From a virus, in IMG/VR virus record IMGVR_UViG_3300029210_000007, positions 4,261 to 68,260 of that record: 64,000 bases of DNA; one strand, 5' to 3'. The notes beneath the pieces were generated by a model. The model ran no database searches and was not told the origin of the DNA. It was given only the letters and a program-made list of their open reading frames with translations. This document shows positions 27,425 to 37,050 of the stretch, piece after piece. The first letter of the stretch is position 1, and the number at the start of each line of letters is the position of its first letter. A program made the position numbers and the translations under genes.

Positions 27425-28039
27425 ATGGAAAATAAAAAATATTCCAACTTAACGGGAAAACAAATGCAAATTGTTCATCAGTATTGTGATAACAATATGC
27501 AGAAGCTAAAACAAACTTGTTATCCAATCATCGTTAAAATTGGTGGAATAAGTCAAAAAGATTATGATGACTTGTATAGCTTGGCACAGGTTGTCTTCTT
27601 AGATAGTCTTTTAAACTATAACGAAAAGATATGTCGGTTTCATCCATTCTTAGTTTCTTCATTAAAGAAGAGATTGTATTCTACATACATAAGAGATAGG
27701 AATAGAAAAAAGAGAAGTGTAATTATGAAAGACGATGAAGGCAATGATGTTTTTGTTAAGAATATATCGTTGGAGAATCCTACTAAGAAGGTTCAGAATT
27801 ATCTTAGCGGGCTTAAATCTGACTCCGATGTTCACAAACAATGCTTTGGTAAAGCAAGTGAAAAGCTGGATGAATATTTAGAACATTTATCCGACAAACA
27901 GAAGAAGGTGGCAGTATTGCTGTCACGAGGTTATACATACAGTGAAATTGAGAGAATATTAAAGATAGATAGAAAAGAGCTTTTAGATGCCATTGAAGGA
28001 TTAAAAGCTTATAGAAATATCTCTATCTTGTTTACATAA
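27425..28039 (+). CDS. sigma-70 region-4-like transcription factor (putative phage-encoded alternative sigma factor/late activator)
   Basis: C-terminal HTH LSDKQKKVAVLLSRGYTYSEIERILKI resembles sigma region 4 / LuxR-type HTH. Confidence 0.5.
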   Translation: MENKKYSNLTGKQMQIVHQYCDNNMQKLKQTCYPIIVKIGGISQKDYDDLYSLAQVVFLDSLLNYNEKICRFHPFLVSSLKKRLYSTYIRDRNRKKRSVIMKDDEGNDVFVKNISLENPTKKVQNYLSGLKSDSDVHKQCFGKASEKLDEYLEHLSDKQKKVAVLLSRGYTYSEIERILKIDRKELLDAIEGLKAYRNISILFT

Positions 28040-28091
28040 ACAAAAAAAGTTGTTAAAGATATTAAATTAAAGATAAAAGGAGAAATGAAAA

Positions 28092-29471
28092 ATGCTTGGT
28101 AGAGACAAGACGAAAAAAGATGTATATATGGTTAAAGTTCTTTTGAATATGTTCAAGAGAGGACAGTTGAATAAAAATCATCCTCTACAGAGACACGCTG
28201 ACCGTTGGAAACTCATTGCGAAGAGTGGTCTAGTCTCTACTATAATAAAAGGTGAAGACTTAGATTCTCTTAAAATTTGCGAACAAATTTTAAACGAAAC
28301 AGATTTTATTTTATGGTTGATAGACGGTTTACAGAGATTAACTACTCTTGAAGAGTATAAAAACGGTGCTTTTAGGATAAGTAAGAATTTAGAAATGCCT
28401 TTTGTATATTATCAACAGTGCATAAACGAAGAAATGAAAGTAGTTAAATATGATTTAAGAGGTAAGCGCTTTAAAGATTTGCCTGAAGAATTACAAGATG
28501 CTTTCGACAGTTACCCAATAGAGGTAGTTAAACATTTGGATTGCACAGACGAAGAAATTGCTTATCATATTGCCAGATATAATAGACAGACAAGTATGAA
28601 TGCAGAAGAGAAAAATATTCTTCCTATGTCTAATATTGCTACATATATAAAAAACACAACTAATAATGATTTCTTTAAGGATTATGGAAACTATACAGAG
28701 TCAGAAATTAAAAATGGAAAGCTTAATAGAACTGTGTATGAAACAATAACAATAATGTTCCATTCTGATAAATATACAAGAGGACAAGCGTTACTCAAGC
28801 ATTTAAATGAAAACGCAAACAAAGAAGAATTTGATACATTAAACAATGAATTAGATACATTGGCTAATATTATTGATGAAGAAACAGGTAAATTGTTTAA
28901 TGTAAAGAACAGTTTCCTTTTCTTTAGTTTGTTCCATAAATTCTTGGACTATAAAATAGAACCTGCGAGATTTAATGACTTCCTTTTAGAGTTTAAGAAT
29001 AACTTACATAACAAAACATTCTCAGAGTATGAAGATAAAACTTTTGATACATATGACAAAGACAAGAATAGCAAAGATAAAAAGGTTGTCTTTGCAAAAT
29101 TAGATATGCTCGAAAAGTTAATGAAAGAATACTTTCAAGAGGAAATTTCAGAACCAAGTAGAGAATATACAAATGAAGAAATAGAGCAGTTTGTAACAGA
29201 TGTAACATCTGTCGAAGTAGATGAAGACAGAATGGAATTATTCAGTTCAATGTTAGATGACTACACTGTCGAAGTAGACAACAGCTCAAAACTATTGGAG
29301 AAAGAAAATAGGTTATCTCTATTATCACTTGTAGCTTATAGCTTTGAAAAGGAAATCGAACTGAAAGATTGGTTCATCGATTACTTTAATAAAAACAATA
29401 CATACATCAAAGACCAAAAAGAGAATTACTTAGTGATGAAGAATGATGTAGACAACTTCGTTGCAATGTAA
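28092..29471 (+). CDS. DUF262 (ParB/Srx-fold) domain protein, no DUF1524 HNH module
   Basis: N-terminal HPLQR....W and LIDGLQRLTTL, matching the DUF262 DGQQR signature. Confidence 0.7.
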   Translation: MLGRDKTKKDVYMVKVLLNMFKRGQLNKNHPLQRHADRWKLIAKSGLVSTIIKGEDLDSLKICEQILNETDFILWLIDGLQRLTTLEEYKNGAFRISKNLEMPFVYYQQCINEEMKVVKYDLRGKRFKDLPEELQDAFDSYPIEVVKHLDCTDEEIAYHIARYNRQTSMNAEEKNILPMSNIATYIKNTTNNDFFKDYGNYTESEIKNGKLNRTVYETITIMFHSDKYTRGQALLKHLNENANKEEFDTLNNELDTLANIIDEETGKLFNVKNSFLFFSLFHKFLDYKIEPARFNDFLLEFKNNLHNKTFSEYEDKTFDTYDKDKNSKDKKVVFAKLDMLEKLMKEYFQEEISEPSREYTNEEIEQFVTDVTSVEVDEDRMELFSSMLDDYTVEVDNSSKLLEKENRLSLLSLVAYSFEKEIELKDWFIDYFNKNNTYIKDQKENYLVMKNDVDNFVAM

Positions 29472-29493
29472 ACATATAGAAAGGATGAGTATC

Positions 29494-29802
29494 ATGAGTA
29501 AAGTTTTGTATTTTGAACTGGTAAATGGAGGTATTATTACCAATTATGAGTTAAGTTTAATTGCAAATGTAAACCACAAAAAGAGTATTCCATGTGATGA
29601 TTTACCTGCGATAAGACAATATGCAGCTTCTTGTAAAGGTATAAAGAGAGAAATTCTTGAACCAACAGTAGAAGAATGTATCAGAGTTGGCAATTATGTT
29701 AAAGCAGTTGAGTTGTATAGAGAAAAGCACGAAGCTTCTCTAACAAGTGCTTTAGATGAAGTTATTAGAATTAAAAATCAACTTAATGGGGTGTCAGCGT
29801 GA
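29494..29802 (+). CDS. hypothetical protein
   Basis: GAAAGGATGAG RBS before ATG 29494. Confidence 0.55.
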   Translation: MSKVLYFELVNGGIITNYELSLIANVNHKKSIPCDDLPAIRQYAASCKGIKREILEPTVEECIRVGNYVKAVELYREKHEASLTSALDEVIRIKNQLNGVSA

Positions 29803-30344
29803 AAGTAGAGTTAATTAAATATATTATTGGTGATAAAACTACATATAAATATAGACAGTTTCACTATTGCTGTCAGAAATTAGAACGCAACCCTATGATT
29901 CAGTTGACGAACAATATTGAAACACCTGAATTATTTTGTTCTGGTTGTGACAATAGAGATACTTACCCAGATGATGAGTGTAAAAAGTGTAAATGCTTAG
30001 ATAAGATTAATTATAGCGATAGTTTTCCTAAGTTTAAATTATGCAAGCAAGAGTTATTACAGAACTGGGATAGTTTACAGAAAGTAAATTATAACTCTAC
30101 TATTCATTATTGTCCTTATTGTGGAGAAAAAATAGAAGTAGATATTATTAAAGAAGTAGATATTACTTTTAAGTATGAAAGACTTCTGGACAAACTAAGA
30201 AAATTAGAACGTCAGAAACAAAATGCGTGGAAAAACAAAAAGGCAAATAGAGAATATATAAATAGCCAGATTAAAAGGCTTAGAGATATATTGAATAGTT
30301 ATAATTATATCTCTTGTGAACTCAGAGACTTGGAGGAAATATAA
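29799..30344 (+). CDS. Cys-rich multi-zinc-ribbon protein
   Basis: GTG start overlapping upstream stop; CSGCDN...CKKCKC...CPYCG. Confidence 0.55.
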   Translation: MKVELIKYIIGDKTTYKYRQFHYCCQKLERNPMIQLTNNIETPELFCSGCDNRDTYPDDECKKCKCLDKINYSDSFPKFKLCKQELLQNWDSLQKVNYNSTIHYCPYCGEKIEVDIIKEVDITFKYERLLDKLRKLERQKQNAWKNKKANREYINSQIKRLRDILNSYNYISCELRDLEEI

Positions 30345-30586
30345 TGACACAATTAGAGAAGATAGATTATGCTATTAAATCTCTTGAAATAGCAAAAGCT
30401 GAAATACAAAAGGTTGAGAATGGTAAAGGGAACGGCAGGAGTGGAACAGTTATTAGAGAGTCGTTAAAAATGGCATCAAGAATAGCACGACAAGTGGCAA
30501 ATAGTTGTGTTTTAGGTTGTTGTACTTATTGGCGTAGAGGACATGGACTCTTTGTAAACGATGAAGATGAGCAATCTGATAATTAA
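30344..30586 (+). CDS. hypothetical protein
   Basis: GGAGGAAA RBS. Confidence 0.55.
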   Translation: MTQLEKIDYAIKSLEIAKAEIQKVENGKGNGRSGTVIRESLKMASRIARQVANSCVLGCCTYWRRGHGLFVNDEDEQSDN

Positions 30587-30607
30587 TAAAATCGGTATTT
30601 AAAGGAG

Positions 30608-30898
30608 GTGATTAAACTGAAATACATAGAGAATGTAGTAATAGGAAAACCTTTAATTTCTCCTCAAGATGTTTTTGCTTTAAATGAGACTGACTGGAAA
30701 AACTTTGAGCAGGAGAAAACCTATTATACAAAAGAAAGATACTTGCCAAAAATTCTTGTTGAGTTAGGTATTTACCCGTCAATAAGTGAAATCAGAAGAA
30801 ATAAACCAAACCTTGTTGTTAATCTGGATAAAGTAGACTTCATTAACGAATTAAAAGTTAGTAAGAAGAGGAAATTATGGATTCTAGTAGGAGAATAA
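30608..30898 (+). CDS. hypothetical protein (start codon uncertain: GTG, ATT or CTG near AAAGGAGG)
   Basis: ORF follows a strong RBS but lacks a well-spaced canonical start. Confidence 0.4.
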   Translation: MIKLKYIENVVIGKPLISPQDVFALNETDWKNFEQEKTYYTKERYLPKILVELGIYPSISEIRRNKPNLVVNLDKVDFINELKVSKKRKLWILVGE

Positions 30899-30902
30899 AT
30901 TA

Positions 30903-31406
30903 ATGAGTACAAACTATTACATAATAACATCAAATAAGAATCTTGCAGAGAAGTATTTTTCAGATGAGTATCGAATTGTGGACGAGCCATATTGGGGATA
31001 TGAAATACATGTAGGTAAAAGAAGCTATGGTTGGTGTCCTATATTTGAAAGACATAACAAAGCATATAAGTCGGTGAAAGAAATGATAGAATTTTTATCC
31101 AGACATCACGATGTTATAGATATTTATGATGAATATGGTACTGAGATTTCAATTAAGGAATTACAAGAGGAACTTATTGATTGGAAAGAACATCAAGAAG
31201 TTAAGTATATGAAATATGTTCCAAAAGGTGTTCCTGATAAATTGTTTGGTGGAACTAAGTATTTTATCGAAGGAACAAAGGATGATTATGATATTACCAT
31301 TCCATATGACCATATTGAATATGCAAAATTAAATCCCTTTGATGATGTTTCTAATTATTATAGGGATGAAAATGGTTATGTGTTTATAGAAGGAGAATTT
31401 TGCTAG
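30903..31406 (+). CDS. hypothetical protein
   Basis: 167 aa ORF. Confidence 0.55.
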   Translation: MSTNYYIITSNKNLAEKYFSDEYRIVDEPYWGYEIHVGKRSYGWCPIFERHNKAYKSVKEMIEFLSRHHDVIDIYDEYGTEISIKELQEELIDWKEHQEVKYMKYVPKGVPDKLFGGTKYFIEGTKDDYDITIPYDHIEYAKLNPFDDVSNYYRDENGYVFIEGEFC

Positions 31407-31424
31407 AAAGAGGTGAAGTTATAT

Positions 31425-31565
31425 ATGTCGGTATTTTTAATCTTATTATGTATTGCATTAATAGTCTTATGGCTTTTGATGTCGCCATTATTCACAAAGA
31501 TTGGTTCGTGGATAATGGATATGGTAAATAGTTTTATAAATGAAGATGAAGAAAAGGAGAATTAA
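31425..31565 (+). CDS. small membrane protein (46 aa) immediately upstream of the SPFH gene
   Basis: GAAAGAGGTGA RBS; one TM helix. Confidence 0.45.
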   Translation: MSVFLILLCIALIVLWLLMSPLFTKIGSWIMDMVNSFINEDEEKEN

Positions 31566-31568
31566 AAA

Positions 31569-32438
31569 ATGAAAAAGACAATTGGTGGAATTATATCAGG
31601 TATAGTATTGCTTATAGTAGTAATTTTGTTTGCGAAATCAACGGTCAGAGTACCTGCTGGTTATGTAGCAATACAGTACAGCATGAATGGTGGCGTTAAA
31701 GACAAGGTTTTAACTCAAGGTTGGCATTTTAAATCACCTATGGTGAAGACAACTTTATATTCAACTAGCCTTGAACAGTCTTATTTGACAGCTGGTAAGA
31801 ATGGTGATTCTAGTGAGAATGATAGTTTCTCAGCTAGCTCATCAGAAGGCAAGGCTATTCAGATAGACCTTACATTTACATATCAATATAATGCTGACAA
31901 GGTTTCTGGTTTATTCACAAGATTCCGTGGTCAGTCTGGTAAAGAAGTAAGAGAAAGCTTCATTAAGCCAAATATTATCTCTTGGACTAAAGAAGTAGTA
32001 GCGAATTATAAGGTATCAGATATTCTTGGTTCAGAAAGAGCAAATGTTAATACTGCGCTTACAAATTATCTCAATAAGAAGTTTGACCCTTATGGCATAA
32101 CAATAAGCAATGTTTCTCTTATTAATATTACAGTCGATGAGAAGACTCAGGAAGCTATTAACGCAAAGATTACGGCACAGCAGGCAGCAGAAACACAGGA
32201 AATTAATAATCAGACTGCTATCAAGAAGGCAAAAGCCGATGCTGAAAAGACAAGAACAGAAGCACAGGCTAAAGCAGACGCTCAGTTAATAGAAGCAAAA
32301 GCTCAGGCAGAAGCCAATAAGCAGCTAAGTTCTTCTATTACTGACGAACTTATTAGAATGAAAGAAGCTGAAGCAAGAGTTAAGCATGGCTGGGTAACAA
32401 TTAACGGTACATCAACTGTAGTAACAGATAAGAAGTGA
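31569..32438 (+). CDS. SPFH/band-7 (stomatin/prohibitin/HflK-like) membrane protein
   Basis: N-terminal TM, then VRVPAGYVAIQ...GWHFKSPMV SPFH core and Ala/Gln/Glu-rich coiled-coil C-terminus. Confidence 0.65.
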   Translation: MKKTIGGIISGIVLLIVVILFAKSTVRVPAGYVAIQYSMNGGVKDKVLTQGWHFKSPMVKTTLYSTSLEQSYLTAGKNGDSSENDSFSASSSEGKAIQIDLTFTYQYNADKVSGLFTRFRGQSGKEVRESFIKPNIISWTKEVVANYKVSDILGSERANVNTALTNYLNKKFDPYGITISNVSLINITVDEKTQEAINAKITAQQAAETQEINNQTAIKKAKADAEKTRTEAQAKADAQLIEAKAQAEANKQLSSSITDELIRMKEAEARVKHGWVTINGTSTVVTDKK

Positions 32439-32459
32439 TGTTAAAAAGGGAATATACAT

Positions 32460-32651
32460 ATGAGACAGATTGATAGGTTACGAAATATGTCATTGGAAGA
32501 GATTGCACCATTATTAGTTAGTATGGCAAGAGTTGATTTAGATGGGTTCAAATTTTCAATTCCTAATGGCGAAACATTCATCAGAAAAGAAGATGCTATC
32601 AATGCCTGCATAACGTGGTTGGATAGCAAGTACGAAAGAGTGAATATATGA
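32460..32651 (+). CDS. hypothetical protein
   Basis: 63 aa ORF. Confidence 0.45.
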   Translation: MRQIDRLRNMSLEEIAPLLVSMARVDLDGFKFSIPNGETFIRKEDAINACITWLDSKYERVNI

Positions 32652-33157
32652 GTGTAAAGAAAATTATTAAAAGTGTGGTAGCTATAACGGCAGTAGTCGT
32701 TAGTTGTTTAAATGCGTATGGAGCTAGTTATACAACAAAAGCAGTTCCTGTAGGAGCAAGTAAGAAGACCTATATGAGTTATAAAGCTATAACAGATAGA
32801 ACTTCTTACCAATATAAGTTACAGAAAAGAGCAACTACTGGTAAGTATGGTATAAGAACTATTGATGGTAGATACTGTATTGCCGTAGGAAGTTATTATT
32901 GTACAACAATTGGTACAAAGTTAGATATTGTTATGGAGAATGGTACAGTAGTTAAATGTGTTCTTGCAGACGGTAAAGATAATAAACATACTGATTCAAG
33001 TAACAGACTTGGTAAAAATGGTTGTGTTGTAGAATTTATTGTTGACACTAAATCATTGGACAAGACTTGTAAGAAAATGGGAGATATGTCTTATGTTTCG
33101 TCTGGCGGACTAAAAGGTGCAGTAAAGTCTATTAGAGTATATGATGAAACTGTATAA
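32648..33157 (+). CDS. putative lipoprotein
   Basis: signal peptide with lipobox-like VVSC. Confidence 0.6.
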   Translation: MSVKKIIKSVVAITAVVVSCLNAYGASYTTKAVPVGASKKTYMSYKAITDRTSYQYKLQKRATTGKYGIRTIDGRYCIAVGSYYCTTIGTKLDIVMENGTVVKCVLADGKDNKHTDSSNRLGKNGCVVEFIVDTKSLDKTCKKMGDMSYVSSGGLKGAVKSIRVYDETV

Positions 33158-33160
33158 ATA

Positions 33161-33469
33161 ATGTTAAAGGAAGTGGATAATGTGAAAGAATATGACGTTA
33201 CTCTCACAGCGACAGATTATAAAAAGAAACGACATCGTAAAAGAAGAAAAAGCGAATATAAATATAAGAAGCATTTACAAACAATACATAGCTTTGGTCA
33301 TTATCCACCTCCAGTTAATATAATCTCTAAATCTTATGTTAGATCTAATTGGAGTTTATTTAAATATGCTAAGAAGCATGCAAACAGAATAGTACGAAGA
33401 AAAAAGAGTGAACTATATAATAATCGAAGTTTCAAAAAGATAGTTGACTTTGAAGATTTGATGTTTTGA
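33161..33469 (+). CDS. highly basic protein (KKRHRKRRK)
   Basis: 102 aa ORF; start ambiguous. Confidence 0.45.
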   Translation: MLKEVDNVKEYDVTLTATDYKKKRHRKRRKSEYKYKKHLQTIHSFGHYPPPVNIISKSYVRSNWSLFKYAKKHANRIVRRKKSELYNNRSFKKIVDFEDLMF

Positions 33470-33487
33470 AGATTGGATGTGATATGA

Positions 33488-33805
33488 ATGTTGATAGGTT
33501 TTTTAGGAATTATTTTAGTTATATATTTAATGTTTGTAAATTTGATAGAATTCTTAGTTTTAGAGATGATGATGAGTGAATCATGTAATGAATATAGCGA
33601 ATCAACAATAATCGAATTTTGTTTATATGTTATTTTTGGAAATATCTTTGAGAGATATTTTGATTTTACTGGAAAGAATATATTTGGAATTTGTCTAAAG
33701 TTAGTTCATTTTTTCAGTTCTATTCTAAGTATTATCATAGCAGCTCTAGTAATAATATTCTTTAATTTAATCGAAAGATTTATTAAATTAGGTAACAAAA
33801 AGTGA
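33488..33805 (+). CDS. membrane protein (3 predicted TM segments)
   Basis: hydrophobic throughout. Confidence 0.55.
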   Translation: MLIGFLGIILVIYLMFVNLIEFLVLEMMMSESCNEYSESTIIEFCLYVIFGNIFERYFDFTGKNIFGICLKLVHFFSSILSIIIAALVIIFFNLIERFIKLGNKK

Positions 33806-33840
33806 AAATAATTGTGATGAGTTAATTCATCACAAAATAT

Positions 33841-33912
33841 AGGGCTATCGCCAAGTGGTAAGGCACAGGGTTTTGATCTCTGCATTCATCGGTTCGAATC
33901 CGATTAGCCCCG
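33841..33912 (+). tRNA. tRNA-Gln: tRNA-Gln (anticodon UUG)
   Basis: manual cloverleaf: 6+1 acceptor stem, D-arm GCC/GGC with GG loop, anticodon stem CAGGG/CTCTG with loop TTTTGAT, T-arm ATCGG-TTCGAAT-CCGAT, discriminator G; 5' half close to B. subtilis tRNA-Gln. Confidence 0.85.
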
Positions 33913-33942
33913 TTATTTACAATAAGAAAGGAGAATAAGAAA

Positions 33943-34614
33943 GTGTTTATTTTAACCAATGGTAAGAATTATGTAATGGAAAATCCTATGAAGATAGGTG
34001 AGTATCTAGCAACGACTTCGCCATTAAAAGCAAAAGAATTTACCTACAAACAAGCAAGGTCATTAGTTCAGAGAGGCGGCAAAAGGTTATCATGGCTAAG
34101 AAATTATCAGCTTGTTGATGTAGATAAAAATGAAGAATCAGGATTATCTCTTTACTACAAAGGTAATGATGGAGTTTATATGGATGAAAGTAATTTTGAT
34201 TATTCAATGCTAGACAAGATAATAAATGAAACAAATAATCTTCTAGGATTAGCAGGCTGGGACATGGAACAGCTTAATACATATAAAAATCTACTTATAG
34301 CAGAATTAAGTAGATGTGATAGTGCTGAATCTGATATTGAACACGCATTACAGACTTATAGAGAAAATAGAGGTGGTAAGAAACCACAAGCTCATAGAAT
34401 GGCAAAGGTTGGTTATTTGCTAGATGATATTAGAGACAAGCATAAGAAATTAAAGCAGTGTATAAGATTCATTCAGGTCATGGAAGATGCTATCACTCAT
34501 CAATATACCATTGGTAAGATAAAACTTGAATTGAGCAAAGTTAGTTCTTCTGAATATAAAGGGAGAACTAAATATTATAAAGTAGCTTTGGAATTATTAG
34601 GTGGTGAAAACTGA
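33943..34614 (+). CDS. hypothetical protein
   Basis: AAGGAGAA RBS, GTG start. Confidence 0.55.
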   Translation: MFILTNGKNYVMENPMKIGEYLATTSPLKAKEFTYKQARSLVQRGGKRLSWLRNYQLVDVDKNEESGLSLYYKGNDGVYMDESNFDYSMLDKIINETNNLLGLAGWDMEQLNTYKNLLIAELSRCDSAESDIEHALQTYRENRGGKKPQAHRMAKVGYLLDDIRDKHKKLKQCIRFIQVMEDAITHQYTIGKIKLELSKVSSSEYKGRTKYYKVALELLGGEN

Positions 34615-34847
34615 TGTTTGGAGTTATGACATGCAAAGCTGGTTTGATTGGTTTTGTAGTTGGCGCAGTAGGATATTTGTTAGTTCTTTTTGGTTTTAAA
34701 GAACTACGAGATATGTGCTTAAAATTATTTGACATAAAACATATTATCGGCAGTTCTATTATATCTGGAATGTTTACTGGTTTAGGTGTTATGTTTGTTG
34801 GAATAATTATTGAAAGCGTCAAAGTGTTATCTAAATTAATACAATAA
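34614..34847 (+). CDS. small membrane protein, 2 TM (holin-like topology)
   Basis: ATG overlaps upstream stop. Confidence 0.5.
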   Translation: MFGVMTCKAGLIGFVVGAVGYLLVLFGFKELRDMCLKLFDIKHIIGSSIISGMFTGLGVMFVGIIIESVKVLSKLIQ

Positions 34848-34872
34848 ATAATTTACAAAAGGAGAAATTAAA

Positions 34873-35322
34873 ATGGCAGTATTAAAAAATTTCGAAAACG
34901 ATGAACTAATTGTAAGTTGTAAATGTGGCTGTAATGACGGTATACATATAAAAATTAATAAAGAAGAAGACGAAACAGACCGTGCCTTTGTTGCTTTTAC
35001 TAATGGCAACTTCTATAGAGAACAAAGTAGTTCGTTTATTAAAAAGCTTCAGAAAATTTGGGCAATTATTGCAAATAAGGATTTTTATTACTCTGATGTT
35101 GTTATGACTGAAAAAGATTTTGAACAGTTTACAAATTGGGTTGTTAGTAAAGGTAAAATATCTTCGGTAGATATGGTAGAAGATATGTTAACAAAACTTG
35201 GAAAGGCATATCCAAACAGAGAAATTATTATTGAAACAAATAAAGGTTCAGTGTCTACGAAGTTGTCAAAAGCAAATATTTATGTAGACGGTAATGGAAA
35301 TTTAGTTATTGATGCAGAATAA
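34873..35322 (+). CDS. hypothetical protein
   Basis: AAAAGGAGAA RBS. Confidence 0.6.
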   Translation: MAVLKNFENDELIVSCKCGCNDGIHIKINKEEDETDRAFVAFTNGNFYREQSSSFIKKLQKIWAIIANKDFYYSDVVMTEKDFEQFTNWVVSKGKISSVDMVEDMLTKLGKAYPNREIIIETNKGSVSTKLSKANIYVDGNGNLVIDAE

Positions 35323-35333
35323 GGAGGATTATT

Positions 35334-35726
35334 ATGACAAAATTAAAATTAGAAGGTTTCACTAAAGTAGCTGTTATTAACTATGGTTGCAATTCATATC
35401 ATTTTGCAATTTATGAAGATGGTAATGTTTATAATGTTGGAGATTATGTTATATTGAGTGGTTATTCTGCTCCATCAAAGATTTCTGAAATTATTAGTGT
35501 AGAAGAAGCAACCGAAAGATGCAAAAAGAATATTACAGCAGAAGTTATAGGTAAAATTGATATTTCAGCATTTGAAAAACGAGTTGAACAGCGTAAAGAA
35601 AAAGAGAAGTTAAAGAAAGAAATGAATAAGCGTAAGCAGGAAATTCAGAAGATATTAGATGATGAATATTATGCTTCTAATGATGAAGTTTATGCTGAAA
35701 TGTTAAAGAGATATAGAAGTATGTAG
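35334..35726 (+). CDS. hypothetical protein
   Basis: TAAGGAGGA RBS. Confidence 0.6.
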   Translation: MTKLKLEGFTKVAVINYGCNSYHFAIYEDGNVYNVGDYVILSGYSAPSKISEIISVEEATERCKKNITAEVIGKIDISAFEKRVEQRKEKEKLKKEMNKRKQEIQKILDDEYYASNDEVYAEMLKRYRSM

Positions 35727-35739
35727 CAAGACGATGAAA

Positions 35740-37050
35740 CAGAGAATATATAAATGAAAGGAAGTGATTATAGGTGTTAATTGCATATAAATACAGATTG
35801 TATCCTAACGAAGAACAAAAAGAATATTTTGCAAAGTGTTTTGGATGTGTACGATTCATCTATAATCGTATGCTTTCAGATAAGATTGAGTATTATAAGG
35901 AAACAAAAAAGAAACTTAACAATACACCTGCTCAATACAAGAAAGAGTTTGAGTGGTTAAAAGAAGTTGATTCTCTTGCGTTAGCAAATGCACAGATGAA
36001 TTTACAAACGGCTTATAATAATTTCTTCAAAAGACCAGAAGTAGGTTTCCCTAAATTCAAAAGTAAGAAAAATCACAACTACTCTTACACGACTAACAAT
36101 CAAGGTGGAAATATATATGTATCTGATAGATATATTAAATTACCTAAAATAGGTTTAATTAGGGTCAAGAAACATAGAGATTTTTGAAGGGCTAATTAAA
36201 TCTGTTACAGTTTCACAAAACCCTTCTGGTAAATATTATGTTTCTGTTTTGGTAAATCAGAATGATAAAGAGAAATTACCAGTTAGTAATAATGAAATTG
36301 GAATTGACCTTGGAATTAAGGAGTTTTGTATTACTTCTGATGGCGAAATGATACAGAATCCTAAGTATCTTAGAAAATCTGAGAAGAGATTAAGAAAGTT
36401 ACAAAAGGACTTATCTCGTTGTCAAAAAGGAAGTAAAAATAGAGAGAAATGCAGAATTAAAGTTGCAAAACAACACGAAAAGATTACTAATCAAAGAAAA
36501 GATTTTTTACATAAGTTATCTAAGAGAATTATAGGCGAAAATCAAGTCATCGTCTTAGAAACACTTAAAGTAAAGAATATGATGAGCAATCATAAATTAG
36601 CAAAATCAATAGCTGATGTCTCTTGGAGTGAATTTGTAAGACAGTTGGAATATAAGGCTGAGTGGTATGGCAGAGAAGTTATTAAAATTGATACTTTGTA
36701 TCCATCAAGCCAGGTATGTTCTAATTGTGGACACAAAGATGGGAAGAAAGCGTTATCCATCAGAGAATGGACTTGTCCTGTTTGCGGTACACATCACGAA
36801 AGAGATATAAATGCAGCAATAAACATTCTCAATGAAGGATTGAAAATGAGAACGGCAGGAACTGTCGAGGTAGTCTAAGTAAACTTGTGCGGTTACGTAT
36901 ATTGACTAGGAAGCAAGCAAGTCTTTAGCTTGGTTGCAGTTCACACTACAACTCATCAGTCTTTTGCAGATATAGACTTATGTAAAATTGAAAAGAAATC
37001 TGTAGCTATTAAGTATTATGCGATACATATTGCCCAAACTTAAAATTTGG
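35740..37050 (+). mobile_element. IS200/IS605-family tnpB-only element (IS1341-like), ends undefined
   Basis: TnpB gene plus structured GC-richer segment 36879-36960 downstream. Confidence 0.45.
35774..36878 (+). pseudogene. tnpB: IS200/IS605-family TnpB (OrfB, RuvC-like + zinc finger), disrupted by frameshift in T5 run at 36181-36185
   Basis: N-terminus MLIAYKYRLYPNEEQKEYF typical of TnpB; second frame continues with ...[24 protein letters not shown], the RuvC-like region ([32 protein letters not shown]) and C-terminal CSNCGH...CPVCG; no adjacent tnpA. Confidence 0.8.

Noticed and set aside
33841-33912. A1-C72 mismatch at the top of the tRNA acceptor stem, considered as evidence for a pseudo-tRNA
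   Set aside because: Bacterial tRNA-Gln characteristically has a weak 1-72 pair with G73 discriminator. All other arms are canonical, so it is kept as a functional tRNA call.
35334-35726. Gene upstream of tnpB considered as the IS200/IS605 TnpA (Y1 HuH transposase)
   Set aside because: No HuH (H-hydrophobic-H) motif or catalytic Tyr pattern. Treated as an unrelated hypothetical protein, so the IS is tnpB-only.
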